DNA of 64,000 nucleotides from an uncultured Pseudomonadales bacterium (GTDB lineage Bacteria; Patescibacteriota; Microgenomatia; UBA1400; UBA12028): NCBI GenBank assembly GCA_964509365.1, contig CAZDWN010000004.1, positions 32,907 to 96,906 of the forward strand, read 5' to 3'. Shown piece by piece: positions 30,601 to 40,351 of this stretch (position 1 is its first letter; each line of letters starts with the position of its first letter). The notes under the pieces were generated by a model. It saw only the letters and a program-made list of their open reading frames with translations, ran no database searches and was not told where the DNA came from. The position numbers and the translations under genes were made by a program.

Positions 30601-31238
30601 GATCCCTTGAGTGATTCTTTTGTTTTTGCAGTTTTCGGATCTTGATCAAATCGTTGCTTTGAAAGTTCGTCAAGCTTGTCATACTCATCATCCATCTTCA
30701 GTTGAATGAGAAAGAGCAATTCGTTGGTCAGAGATATATATCGTTTTAAAAAGAGTGGATAGGCCGTCCACGTCGTGATGAAATCTTTTCTTGATAGTAA
30801 TGCCTCAAGTGCATTCCATTGTACGAGATAGCGAGCTCGTACTTTTTCTGTAAAACTTTTATCTGAATCTGGGAATTCAGTTACGTAGATCTTACGAATT
30901 AATTCAAGATTCCGATTAAATTCGAGAGCTCGAGTCTCGATGAGAGATTTACGTTGAGTTGAAAGCAGCTTTTCATTAACAGATCGTATTACCTTCCCGT
31001 AAAACTCATTCTTAGGGGCGTCAGGATGGTAAATTGAATAAATGAGATCTTCGTCATCTTCTTTAATTGAAGAGTCCACAAAAACGTCATAGAGTTCTTT
31101 ATCTTTTTTGAATACGTCATCAATGTAAGGGGTTAACGTACTCGAAATACTCGAAATTTGATCTACATACGTACGCAGACGTTCGAGAGTTATTTCCTGG
31201 AGGCTTTTTTTATCAGCAATTGCATCAGCCATACTCAC
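27609..31238 (-). CDS. Giant (1209 aa) T4SS-locus protein. Coiled-coil-rich cytoplasmic N-terminal about 700 aa, glycine-zipper membrane segment, extracellular C-terminal domain with a metzincin-like zinc-binding motif.
   Basis: Gly/Ala-rich helices (LALAGIAGGAATGAGL...GGFIGAGVTTIGSLIPVGG). C-terminal LIHETGHVIEDNH (HExxHxxxxxH spacing). No N-terminal signal peptide. Confidence 0.65.
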   Translation of the reverse strand: MSMADAIADKKSLQEITLERLRTYVDQISSISSTLTPYIDDVFKKDKELYDVFVDSSIKEDDEDLIYSIYHPDAPKNEFYGKVIRSVNEKLLSTQRKSLIETRALEFNRNLELIRKIYVTEFPDSDKSFTEKVRARYLVQWNALEALLSRKDFITTWTAYPLFLKRYISLTNELLFLIQLKMDDEYDKLDELSKQRFDQDPKTAKTKESLKGSTLPFLPSGSRTSSSEHKDGDTSGFGSYEERREKINKARAEAINDGLLLMYGMDINAPVPDFETLFRSLNKLDLESMDKKEYEAVKAQLKQAYDMRAAIINSLRRRNGADERTITNEDVEFLVAKNLIEEETEKRGTSLTPAEIDKILSRSVRRLPEALLSELYIASQAVAKTRASSQNQESVATSSTPATLEKFFESDPRRLEYIETYATVTAYFESVPPQLLAQLTKEVALANPQFAITFPTYFEALRLRARKSLLKKSGKIPVFEDLNDFGNSKLSSEIRKAKAQLIEQMAELKTSVPKDETYHKLLTTPLEQTRKERDGIAQEIKKRKTISEVREEAVEILAEQRKQDELLQAQYIEAATIVALQEQFYENIALGRDAEQRQQKRQFFSLFGEQNVPLNADQNIAELLGAIELAGSGDAQELPQLDDSDRAQTQREAYSRVNQINSNSGRLQRTAQLARSILSNPLALAGIAGGAATGAGLVYAFTQGAATGAGALTSAAGGFAGGALIGTYIFPGVGTVVGGFIGAGVTTIGSLIPVGGSSVAHMIGTNVYGIGDGAKALEGIRSTATLGKEGLTAMSKLGPETVSAAAKSGANIFSGTQAAASKVGLNVLGGTNAFLGALPGTTASFPVATTIIGTITTVTATALIATSAMTGSFITPNDGQDIGSSRYVELTKIMEPSESSYPDNSVLTPSKSIKYTLKLTPKVDEKGQPYQITITNATDTVSISSKGHPVAPTIPPLDVFKSTATQEYTIKYDPSFADTRVSNVLTVTFDVKNSSGATQAQGETFSTSATVSFGNPPDDLACLVLDGSWSEIEKQKLTQAFAITAAYPTYRNILCDHGSVTLTRRSVGPDSRWYGQYLGNNTVALFDNTFSATSSILNIRFTLIHETGHVIEDNHASLVQDFTRGPFSEGYLRTYTFGGAGTVVEDFPESIAVYMTYMNRAYPGLGGQCMNMASAYPSHFAWEQVHMFPEDNGKPSGPTDGSTCAPQRY

Positions 31239-31278
31239 TGATTATACCCTGAAAAACTACACAAGCGGGAGAGTGAAG

Positions 31279-31581
31279 TTAGTTGAAATTTTCGTTGACG
31301 ATCGTCGTGCTATTCAGATCTGATTTCAACGTCTTCGGATCATCTGATGTCCCTACTGGCTTGGTGCTCTTGAGTTGTGCGTCCGCGGAAATATCGATAG
31401 GTGTAGCTTGAGCGACTGGGGTAGCAAGCGGAGCATTCATCATCGATTCCGGACTACTTGTCGGCTCAGTCACTTCAGGCAATTGCGTCTCAGTGTTCAC
31501 TGTCGTGTTCACCCGACTAGTGCATCCGGCAAGCATCATAGAAGTCAGGGCGATTATAGCTACTTTTGAAATTGTTTTCAT
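31279..31581 (-). CDS. Putative lipoprotein
   Basis: MKTISKVAIIALTSMMLAGC lipobox. Ser/Thr/Pro-rich mature part. Confidence 0.5.
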   Translation of the reverse strand: MKTISKVAIIALTSMMLAGCTSRVNTTVNTETQLPEVTEPTSSPESMMNAPLATPVAQATPIDISADAQLKSTKPVGTSDDPKTLKSDLNSTTIVNENFN

Positions 31582-31597
31582 AGTTTCTCCTTTATGA

Positions 31598-32206
31598 TTA
31601 GAGTGCGCTCGTTGCATCGATCAAAGCTAGTCGTACTTGGACGAAACCTGAGCGAGCTTTGTTGGCTTGTTCAATCGCTGCTTTGACCTCTGGTGCCTGT
31701 GTACTCCAGACAGCAACTGAAATATTTTGGAACATACCGACCGCAAGTTTGCCATCTGCTACTGCTTGGGTGAGGAGAGTATTGGCCTTATCCAAAGCAG
31801 CCTGGGCAGCCGATGTATCTTTTCCGGCTGTTTTCTCTGTTGTAATTCTGATTTGGATACGAGCTGCGATATTACGGAGTCGCTCTTCATAAAATGCAAA
31901 TCGCTTCTCAATGCGTTCACCATGATTTTGCGCACGTTCACTGCGATAGAGCTGCCTGGCCGCTGAGTTTGAAGCAATTCGCTCTTTGTTGAGAGATTTT
32001 ACGACGCCTCGCATTTCGCCGGGCTCCGTTGCGCTGCGGAGTGTGTCTTTGACCTCGCCACGAAACTCTTGATTATTTTCACGAATTGTCTCATTTCGCT
32101 TCATCACTGCAGAGGTTATTGTTTCAACTGCATGAATGGTACCTGCGTGTGGGCCCAACACAGTGATCGTAAGGAGAGAGAATACAAAAAAAGTTGTCTT
32201 TGACAT
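31598..32206 (-). CDS. Hypothetical secreted protein
   Basis: N-terminal signal-like MSKTTFFVFSLLTITVLGPHAGTIHA. Alpha-helical remainder. Confidence 0.45.
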   Translation of the reverse strand: MSKTTFFVFSLLTITVLGPHAGTIHAVETITSAVMKRNETIRENNQEFRGEVKDTLRSATEPGEMRGVVKSLNKERIASNSAARQLYRSERAQNHGERIEKRFAFYEERLRNIAARIQIRITTEKTAGKDTSAAQAALDKANTLLTQAVADGKLAVGMFQNISVAVWSTQAPEVKAAIEQANKARSGFVQVRLALIDATSAL

Positions 32207-32293
32207 ACGGGTGCCTCCTTCAATTGAAGACACATACTACTCCCCATTGAAACTCGAATCAAGTTGAATCGAGAAGTCAAGCTCTTTTTTTGA

Positions 32294-32656
32294 ATGTCAG
32301 AGATGGTACAATCGAGATCCATGATGAAACCAGTTATCACGTACGATGATTTCTCAAAACTCGACATCCGAGTCGGCACGATTCTTTCCGCTTCGTCACC
32401 TGAGTGGAGTAAAAAACTGCTTCGCTTTGAGGTGGACTTCGGAGAAGAGATTGGGAAACGCATTTTATTTTCAGGTATCAGAGAGTGGTACACTCCAGAG
32501 TCACTCATTGGAAAAAGTTTCCCATTTGTCGTCAACCTTGCGCCCAAGAAAATGGGAGAGGAAGAGAGTCAAGGGATGATGATCATGGCAGATACGCTAG
32601 ACAAACCAGTTTTAACTCTTATAGAAGGTGTACCCAGTGGTAGTGTTATCCGATAG
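32294..32656 (+). CDS. tRNA-binding domain protein (CsaA/EMAP-like, MetRS C-terminal-like)
   Basis: DIRVGTI, LLRFEVDFGEE and SQGMMI motifs of the tRNA-binding OB fold (PF01588). Confidence 0.72.
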   Translation: MSEMVQSRSMMKPVITYDDFSKLDIRVGTILSASSPEWSKKLLRFEVDFGEEIGKRILFSGIREWYTPESLIGKSFPFVVNLAPKKMGEEESQGMMIMADTLDKPVLTLIEGVPSGSVIR

Positions 32657-32669
32657 CAAAAGTAAACTT

Positions 32670-34589
32670 ATGGCAAAAGATAAAGATCACAAGCAATCAG
32701 ACCAATCACAAGATGCCTCAAAAAAAGTGGCACCATCAAAAAAGAAACGGATGGTACGCCTTGAGATGGGGTTTGGTTTTGAGCCTCGCAAGTCACTCAT
32801 CTATCTATTGTTACTTCTCCTCTTTGTTCCATTTCTCTTTTCGCTGCTTCGTGGCACTGGGAGTGACAAGATCTCACTGTCTCAGCTCCTCCGAGACATG
32901 AAAGACAAAAAAGTGGAGAAAGTAGAGATCGATGGAGCGACGCTCACTACAAAGTACAATGACGGGACGATCAAAACGAGTAAAAAAGAAGATACTCAGG
33001 ATCTGTCTACCATCCTCAAGCAGGCCGACATCGACATTACGTCTATTAATGTCTTGGTGAAAGATCAAATGCCAGGCAAAATGTTGTTTGATATCGTGAT
33101 CAACATATTGCCAATGGTACTGATGGTGTTGTTCTTTTTGTTCATCTTGCGACAGGCGAGAGGCGCGCAGGGAGACATCATGGGATTTGGGAAATCCAAA
33201 GCAAAGCTTTTTGCCAAAGGCAAACAAGATGTGAAGTTCTCTGACGTCGGTGGACTAAAAGAAGCCAAGAGAGAGCTCGAAGAAATCGTTGATTTCCTCA
33301 AAAATCCAAAGAAATATCATGATGTCGGAGCTCGTACTCCAAAAGGTGCATTGCTCATTGGACCCGCGGGTACAGGGAAGACACTGCTGGCTCGAGCAGT
33401 CGCCGGAGAAGCGAATGTGCCTTATTTTTCAATGGCTGGCTCTGAATTTATGGAGATGCTCGTGGGCGTTGGAGCTTCTCGGGTCCGCGACTTGTTTGAT
33501 ACCGCCAAGAAATCAGCTCCAAGTATCATTTTCATCGATGAAATCGATGCAATTGGTCGCATGCGCGGGCACGGGAGCATGGGTGGACATGATGAGCGAG
33601 AGCAGACACTCAACCAAATTCTGGTCGAGATGGACGGTTTTGCTCCAAATGATACGGTGATCGTCCTTGCAGCTACCAACCGGGCAGATCTTTTGGATCC
33701 GGCGTTGGTACGTCCAGGTCGATTTGATCGACGAGTCACTCTTGACCTACCGGACTTGGAAGAACGTAAGTTTATTTTGTCAATTCACGCAAAAAACAAG
33801 CCATTCACTCCTGAAGTAAACTGGGATCGCGTCGCCAAACGGACGGTCGGGTTCTCTGGTGCAGATCTTGAGAACATGTTGAACGAAGCTGCGATCTTGA
33901 TTGCCAGAGAAGGGAAGACGCAAATAGGGCCAATTGAAGTAGAAGAAGCCGCTCTCAAAGTGAAACTTGGACCTGAGCGTAAGCGACTGCAATCAGAACT
34001 CGAGCGCAAGATGACCGCCTACCATGAAGGTGGACATGCAGTCGTCTCGCATTTCCTCCCTCACACGGATCCGGTACATCGCATCTCTATTGTCTCTCGC
34101 GGTAGAGCACTCGGCTTTACGATGACTCCTCCAGAAAATGATAAATATCAGCAAACCAAGGAAGAGCTCGAAGAGCAAATTAGCGTCATGCTTGGCGGTC
34201 GAGCTGCTGAGAAGCTCGTCTTCAATCAACTAACTGGTGGCGTCAGCAGTGATCTTGAGCGAGTGACTCATATTGCTCGAGCCATGGTCATGGACTATGG
34301 TATGTCAGATCTGGCGCCAATCAACTATGGTCCGATGTACGACTACTCAGACTACGGGAAAGCGACCATGGAGCCGTATACACCGTCTGAGGATATGAAA
34401 AAGAAAGTGGATGCCGAAGTGGACAAGATCGTCGAAGCCGGCTGGCAACAATCTCTGGCAATTCTTAAAAAATATCGCAAGCAACTCGACGCAGTGGCGC
34501 TCAAACTCCTCGATGTCGAGTCGATGGATCAAGATGACTTCGAAGCGGTGATGGGTGAGGCAAAAGTAAAAGATAGTGATGTGTCGTGA
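32670..34589 (+). CDS. ftsH: ATP-dependent zinc metalloprotease FtsH
   Basis: AAA+ Walker [22 protein letters not shown] region. HEGGHAV zinc motif. Two N-terminal TM helices. Confidence 0.92.
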   Translation: MAKDKDHKQSDQSQDASKKVAPSKKKRMVRLEMGFGFEPRKSLIYLLLLLLFVPFLFSLLRGTGSDKISLSQLLRDMKDKKVEKVEIDGATLTTKYNDGTIKTSKKEDTQDLSTILKQADIDITSINVLVKDQMPGKMLFDIVINILPMVLMVLFFLFILRQARGAQGDIMGFGKSKAKLFAKGKQDVKFSDVGGLKEAKRELEEIVDFLKNPKKYHDVGARTPKGALLIGPAGTGKTLLARAVAGEANVPYFSMAGSEFMEMLVGVGASRVRDLFDTAKKSAPSIIFIDEIDAIGRMRGHGSMGGHDEREQTLNQILVEMDGFAPNDTVIVLAATNRADLLDPALVRPGRFDRRVTLDLPDLEERKFILSIHAKNKPFTPEVNWDRVAKRTVGFSGADLENMLNEAAILIAREGKTQIGPIEVEEAALKVKLGPERKRLQSELERKMTAYHEGGHAVVSHFLPHTDPVHRISIVSRGRALGFTMTPPENDKYQQTKEELEEQISVMLGGRAAEKLVFNQLTGGVSSDLERVTHIARAMVMDYGMSDLAPINYGPMYDYSDYGKATMEPYTPSEDMKKKVDAEVDKIVEAGWQQSLAILKKYRKQLDAVALKLLDVESMDQDDFEAVMGEAKVKDSDVS

Positions 34590-34607
34590 GTTGTTGGTGA
34601 TTAGTTT

Positions 34608-35597
34608 ATGCCCAAGACTTCTACGAACAACCAAGCACTAAGCTCCAGTCACTCGACTTTAATGCTGATTGATGGACACGCACTCGCGTATCGTGCCTAT
34701 CATGCATTTCCTCCACTCACGAGTCCCCAAGGAGAGCTGGTGAATGCAGTCTATGGCTTCTCGCGTATCCTACTGACTGTGTTACGTGACCTCGAGCCCA
34801 AGTATCTTGCATGCTGTTTTGATCTTCCTGCCCCCACGTTTCGTCATACGCAATACACGGCCTACAAAGCTCAGCGAGAAGAGATGCCAAAGGACCTGCA
34901 GACTCAGATCGAGCGAATCAAAACGGTCGTGGAAGCAATGAGTATCCCTCTCTTTGCAGTGGAAGGCTACGAAGCTGATGATGTCATCGGCACTTTGGCG
35001 ACTCGTGCGGTCGATCACGCATCGCAAGGCAGCGAACACAAAGACGTCCTCATCGTGACTGGAGATCGGGATGCGTATCAACTCGTCACCGATGAGATTC
35101 ACGTCTATATGCCTCCTCGAAGTAAAGAGGCCTTTTATACCGAGTACGGACCAGAGGAAGTGAAAGACAAAATGGGACTTCGACCTGATCAAATCGTCGA
35201 CTACAAGGCTCTGTGTGGTGATGCGAGCGATAATATCCCAGGCATCGCTGGTATTGGCGATAAGACGGCGGTGCGACTACTTCAGGCTTTTGGCACAGCA
35301 GAAGCGATCTACGAAGCGATCAAAGACCCGACTCAATTGACTGACGAGCAGCAAAAACTTCTCAAACCCAAAGTGCTCCTCAACCTTACCAACGGGTATG
35401 ATGATATGGTGATGTCCAAAGCGTTGGCTACGATCGATACCGACGTCCCCTTGGATTTAAACTTCGATAACTGCGTTTTAAAAAACTACGATAAGACGAC
35501 CAGTTCTCGATTATTTGAGGAGCTCGGCTTCAAAAGTCTGATCGCACTTTTGCCGTCTGACACATTTGAATCTTCAGTCCAGCAGGCTCTCTTTTAG
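34608..35597 (+). CDS. Standalone 5'-3' exonuclease (Pol I N-terminal/FEN-like)
   Basis: [34 protein letters not shown] and [18 protein letters not shown] motifs. Confidence 0.85.
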   Translation: MPKTSTNNQALSSSHSTLMLIDGHALAYRAYHAFPPLTSPQGELVNAVYGFSRILLTVLRDLEPKYLACCFDLPAPTFRHTQYTAYKAQREEMPKDLQTQIERIKTVVEAMSIPLFAVEGYEADDVIGTLATRAVDHASQGSEHKDVLIVTGDRDAYQLVTDEIHVYMPPRSKEAFYTEYGPEEVKDKMGLRPDQIVDYKALCGDASDNIPGIAGIGDKTAVRLLQAFGTAEAIYEAIKDPTQLTDEQQKLLKPKVLLNLTNGYDDMVMSKALATIDTDVPLDLNFDNCVLKNYDKTTSSRLFEELGFKSLIALLPSDTFESSVQQALF

Positions 35598-36571
35598 TCA
35601 GCGTGAGCATGATGCCATTCCCAGCGGCAAGTCACTTGCGGTAGCCACCAGCGAAAGCGACCAAACCAATACCATCGAAACATTCGCTCGCAGACCAATT
35701 TAGGGAGGTGATGCTCTCGCTCGTCATGCGTCGGGTGTGCAGTCGCAATCGGTGTCGGAGACGGCACGACAGTGGCTACAGGTGTGCTAGTCGGACTCTC
35801 AGTGGGCACAATTGTTGGCAGTGGAGTTATCACAGGTGTTGGAGTCGGGCTGGGAGTAGGTGTTGCCGTCGGCATGACCGTTGGCTCTGCAGTTACTGTC
35901 GGAGTGGGCGTCATTGTTGGCGTTGGTGCCACTTCACAAGAACTTTCAGCGGGCGATTGACTATTTCTCGGATTAGCGACAGTCAGTAGGTGAAAGTCCA
36001 CGCTATTATTGTCACTATCTAGTTCACATGGCATGCGCCGAATGCTTTGCCCAGCGCTAGGATTGGTGGAGAATGCTGACGTCTCGACATCCTGAGCGGC
36101 TCCAAAACCTACTTTATCGACGATAGTCGCTCCGCTGTCAGAGTACAACAAAACCGTATTATCGGCCGCGATGCCACTACTACTGGCGGAATAGACGCGG
36201 TCTGCGATGGCGGAAGCTGTCGAGCTCGGGTGAGCAATCAAAAAATAGCTCTTGGCAGCAATGGTGCCAGACAGGCTAGCGACGAGATTTTGAGCAGAAG
36301 AGGTTGCGCTAGCGGACTTCCTCGAGAGTCGCCATCCCGCCAGGTTCACAGGAGTCTCTGATGCATTGAAGAGTTCCACAAACTCATCATTGGCGGTGGC
36401 CCCAGAGATCTTTATCTGGGAAATGACCACATTTGAGCTTATTCCTCGAGCGGAAGATGCAAATGACAGAAAGAGAAGGATTGGTACGAAGAGTACCGGC
36501 AGCAAAAAGTATACGCGTCCACAGGGGAGTGAATAGTGCATATACCTACAGATCGTAGTGCTGAGCTTCAT
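35594..36571 (-). CDS. Secreted lamin-tail-domain (LTD) protein with Pro/Thr-rich linker and Trp/Arg-rich C-terminus
   Basis: LTD signature [21 protein letters not shown]. Signal/TM region at the N-terminus. Long PT repeat region. Confidence 0.62.
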   Translation of the reverse strand: MKLSTTICRYMHYSLPCGRVYFLLPVLFVPILLFLSFASSARGISSNVVISQIKISGATANDEFVELFNASETPVNLAGWRLSRKSASATSSAQNLVASLSGTIAAKSYFLIAHPSSTASAIADRVYSASSSGIAADNTVLLYSDSGATIVDKVGFGAAQDVETSAFSTNPSAGQSIRRMPCELDSDNNSVDFHLLTVANPRNSQSPAESSCEVAPTPTMTPTPTVTAEPTVMPTATPTPSPTPTPVITPLPTIVPTESPTSTPVATVVPSPTPIATAHPTHDEREHHLPKLVCERMFRWYWFGRFRWWLPQVTCRWEWHHAHAD

Positions 36572-36636
36572 CGCGATTCAAGTAGGAATCGCCTGTCTCT
36601 GTATTTTCTTGACCCAACAGGGTAAAATACTAGGGT

Positions 36637-39600
36637 ATGCCAGACTTCGAAAGATTTAATGGACCAGAGTTCACTGCTAAGCTAGCTGATGTGGAGCAAT
36701 TTGTGGTCCCAGATACGTTGTTACCTGAGATACGTACTCGCTTCGTCGCCGTTCTTGAAGGGATTGATGAGAGATTTTTTGACGAAAATTTTAACGCCAG
36801 AAATTTGCCGGATGCAGTAAAAAAGAGAGCGATTACATCTATCGAAGAAGCTCAAGAGAGTTTTTCGGACGTATTTATTTATCCATCTAAATACATTGAT
36901 GAAAGTAAATTTGAGCCGGTTGAAGGCGATACACCTGAGACAATTGCTGCAAAGAAGAAGAGCAAGGAAGATGAGCTCGCTACTATAGTAGAGCTCCTTA
37001 TGAATGTCTCGGAAACCTATAGAGTAGCACTTGAATCTTCATTGAAAAAATCAGATGGAGCACTTCCTCCGCAACCTCCTGTCGAAAAAGCAACTTCGCA
37101 AGAATATTCCGATGACGCTTTCAAAAATGAAATCATAAAGAAAACTGGTAACCCCAATTTCTTTACAGAATTAGCTGACGTGAACTCAATTTTGGATTCG
37201 GGCAATATAAACGCGTCCTACCCTCGAAAACGCATGGGACAGCCAGATCTCTGGAATACGGATAAACCCCAACTCTTAGAACGAGTAATCCGTGATTATG
37301 ATTTAGTCAAAAAGTTGCTCGACCAAATTAATCAAGTTGCCGCATATGTCGGGTCCGATGATGTGGGAATGAATAAACTCAGATTCATAAATAACGACGT
37401 CAAAAAAACTCTTGAGCCTCTCGAAGTCAAACTTCGCGATAAGAAAGATTCGCTTCAACTAGATTTAGAGAAAGATGTCGTTTCCTCTTGGGAGCGAAAT
37501 CCAAATGGAAAATTGCTTTTCGCTACTCAAGAAAAATTGATACAGCGAGTGGAAAGCAACTCTGGTTTTTCGAGCCTTGCTGAAGCTCAAAAATTGGAGA
37601 TCGATCTTCTCGGTGAGTATGCTGCTGCTACAAACAATTTGACCACGGCTATTCAGACTTTATCCGAGCAAAATCCTCCTCCAGGGACTGTCGATAGACT
37701 ACGATCAGAGTTGAATTCAAAGTTTATTGATAGCAAAACTCGTATTTTCACGGAACTCCACAAGCAAGCCTTAGACAATTGGAAGAATCAATACCTTGAA
37801 TCCGTGGTATTTAAGTCAATTCGAGGTTTGGAAAGCCTCACACCTGGTACGCTGGCAGAATTCAAAAAAAACTACAGTGATAGATCAACTGAAATTGCGA
37901 AACTGAAATCAGACAAGGCGAACACTCTCGCAAAAATTCCAAATGATCCGACTATTCGAACTGAAGCCGATACATATTTTGACGCCAAGATCGCTGGCAT
38001 GGAAGCAAGCCTGAAATCGTTGACATCCTCACAATATGACCATTGGCTCAAAAACGAAGCCTCTGAATTAAATAATCCTATGAAGGTCGTAAAAGAAGCG
38101 CGCGATAAAGGTAAGACCGTCGCAGCTGGTGGTTCGGAAAGTGATGTGGTGGCGGCAATCGCTGAACTAGATAAAGCGGATGGCCTTATCGAAAGCACAC
38201 ACAAAATCCATCAAAACGAGTTTATTGATGTGACCGACCACAAAGACAAGCTATCGAATTGGGTTACTGATGAGAAAGCAAAAAACGAGACAGTTAAAGA
38301 AATGCTCCGCAAACGTAAAACGCAGGCAGCAACTGAAACGGTAAAGATGGCTGTGGATGCAAAGGTTGCTTCCGCTACGGCGACCATTAAATTCATTAAC
38401 GACGAATCTTTTGATTTGAACGCTGCAAAGGTCATGGGCCTTGATCCACTTCGTAAGCTCAGGTCAAAGTTAAAGACAGAGCTCAATGATGTCCCTGCGT
38501 CGGAGATGTCTTCACTCCATTACAAGGAAGCATTATCAAAGATTGACTCATTTGAAGTCGAAGTAGAGTTTCATGAAATGGAATTCAGCAAGGTCGCAGA
38601 TGAGATATTGGCTACGGCAAACATTCCAGTAAGAGATTTTCTCAATGATACCGCTGTCGGAGGTTTAAATAATGACAGACACGTGCGTCTTCTAAAAAAA
38701 CTAAAAGAGTATTGGATATCTGGGCCAGAAGCAGGTAAGGAGCGAGATTACAAAAAACAGCGTACTCGAGTTTTTGCTCACATGGCAATGATAGAAACGG
38801 ATATTGGACGCAAGCACCCAGCTGGACTAGCAGAAAAAATATTTGAATTTCAAAAAAAGTATGGAATTACTCGCGACGAAATTACTGAAGGAATCACATC
38901 CTTCCCAGGTGTCATTGAAATGTTAGACGAAATGATAGAGATCGTAGCCAAGCCCAATAAAGATCCATTGACTGGGAATGTAAATCCTTTGGCCTATGAT
39001 AATTTACTCAAGAATCCAGATTCGGAAACTGTGCTAAAGAATTTTGCGAAAGACAAGTTTTTACAAGGTGGGAAGGGTGGTGGAAGTTTGCCTCCAGAAT
39101 ACTTTAAAGCCGCTTGGGACCTCTATTATGCATATGACTTGCTCTCAATTTCGTTAGCCAAGAGACAAAGAGAAACTCAAACTCGAACTCACAATCAGGC
39201 ATACTCGGTAGATCCAAATAGTATTACTAGACCAATGCATTTTGCATTCCAAGAGCGAAATAAGGGGGGGAAAGTAATGGTTGGGAATGTCCATATTTTA
39301 GAGTTTGTCGACAAACTGCCGCCAGACATTAAAGATGATCCCGTCAATGGTTGGTATGGAGTTAAGGACTTTGTTGACCCTGTCACACATGAACATGCCT
39401 TGGGACTTGAAACTATTCAGAAACTTATCAAACTGAGGACTGCTGCCATTTATCCAAATCGTGAAGATCCTGTCACTCATCTGCCATCAACAGATTCTGC
39501 TGTTACGCTTTCTGCTCTGAAACCCAGTGATTGGAGTGCCCCATGGTTCCCAGACAACTTCAACTACCTCACAGAGCCGGATTTGAACAAAATACCTGCT

Positions 39601-40257
39601 GACGTCGACACCTTTGTTACAGCAAGAGACGCTTTCGGCGAAATTATAAATGAATACATTCTGAGCGATCAAGAAGGTTTCTCTGATCCTGAACACCTCT
39701 TCATAAAGGGCGGAAAATGGGAGAAGTTGGGTACAGCAATTGGAAAAGTTGTGGTTGTCGACGGTAACCACATGCACATGATTGATCGAATCCTCACGAA
39801 TTGGATGGGAATGTCAGCAAGTAAATTTAAGAATACCTCGCTCAATGCTCGTCACGAATTAGATGAAAAATTCAGAGAAGCACTTCAAATCGCAACTCGA
39901 TACAAAAAATTGCCTGGACTGATGCTTTTGAAGGAATATTTGTCATATCCTGGTGTGAAAAGAGATGGAACTTTTTGGTCAGATCAAAAAACCTACGTCG
40001 CACCATTATTGAGACCATATGCGAAAGGAGAGCTTGATGGAAGCTCAAATGCATATGAGGCCCGCAAGGCATACTTAGATCTGTGGATAACAGCCGTAAG
40101 GCATAAGAGTATCCCCGACCTCACTCAACGAGGTGTTTTTGATGAAGATATTCAGATTTACAGAGAAGCATTGGGAAGTAAATTCCCTCCGGTTCAGCCA
40201 CAGCGCCCTCTACCAAAAGTTGTGCTTCGCAACACAGCCGTGAAAAAAGCCACATAA
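36637..40257 (+). CDS. Giant (1206 aa) soluble, highly charged hypothetical protein. No signal peptide, no TM, no P-loop.
   Basis: Single uninterrupted ORF. Visibly more AT-rich than its neighbours. Coiled-coil-prone K/E/D-rich sequence. No recognised domain. Confidence 0.65.
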   Translation: MPDFERFNGPEFTAKLADVEQFVVPDTLLPEIRTRFVAVLEGIDERFFDENFNARNLPDAVKKRAITSIEEAQESFSDVFIYPSKYIDESKFEPVEGDTPETIAAKKKSKEDELATIVELLMNVSETYRVALESSLKKSDGALPPQPPVEKATSQEYSDDAFKNEIIKKTGNPNFFTELADVNSILDSGNINASYPRKRMGQPDLWNTDKPQLLERVIRDYDLVKKLLDQINQVAAYVGSDDVGMNKLRFINNDVKKTLEPLEVKLRDKKDSLQLDLEKDVVSSWERNPNGKLLFATQEKLIQRVESNSGFSSLAEAQKLEIDLLGEYAAATNNLTTAIQTLSEQNPPPGTVDRLRSELNSKFIDSKTRIFTELHKQALDNWKNQYLESVVFKSIRGLESLTPGTLAEFKKNYSDRSTEIAKLKSDKANTLAKIPNDPTIRTEADTYFDAKIAGMEASLKSLTSSQYDHWLKNEASELNNPMKVVKEARDKGKTVAAGGSESDVVAAIAELDKADGLIESTHKIHQNEFIDVTDHKDKLSNWVTDEKAKNETVKEMLRKRKTQAATETVKMAVDAKVASATATIKFINDESFDLNAAKVMGLDPLRKLRSKLKTELNDVPASEMSSLHYKEALSKIDSFEVEVEFHEMEFSKVADEILATANIPVRDFLNDTAVGGLNNDRHVRLLKKLKEYWISGPEAGKERDYKKQRTRVFAHMAMIETDIGRKHPAGLAEKIFEFQKKYGITRDEITEGITSFPGVIEMLDEMIEIVAKPNKDPLTGNVNPLAYDNLLKNPDSETVLKNFAKDKFLQGGKGGGSLPPEYFKAAWDLYYAYDLLSISLAKRQRETQTRTHNQAYSVDPNSITRPMHFAFQERNKGGKVMVGNVHILEFVDKLPPDIKDDPVNGWYGVKDFVDPVTHEHALGLETIQKLIKLRTAAIYPNREDPVTHLPSTDSAVTLSALKPSDWSAPWFPDNFNYLTEPDLNKIPADVDTFVTARDAFGEIINEYILSDQEGFSDPEHLFIKGGKWEKLGTAIGKVVVVDGNHMHMIDRILTNWMGMSASKFKNTSLNARHELDEKFREALQIATRYKKLPGLMLLKEYLSYPGVKRDGTFWSDQKTYVAPLLRPYAKGELDGSSNAYEARKAYLDLWITAVRHKSIPDLTQRGVFDEDIQIYREALGSKFPPVQPQRPLPKVVLRNTAVKKAT

Positions 40258-40351
40258 GGCCTTAAAAACTCAATACATTTTTTTGGAGAGTGAAGTTGGA
40301 TCAACTATTAAGCGATTAATCACGTAGGCTCAAACAGCCTTTTAATTTGTC

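Noticed and set aside
35708-35989. Plus-strand ORFs rich in Cys/Arg/His and Gly/Val
   Set aside because: Antisense and frame-shifted readings of the Pro/Thr-repeat linker of the minus-strand LTD gene.
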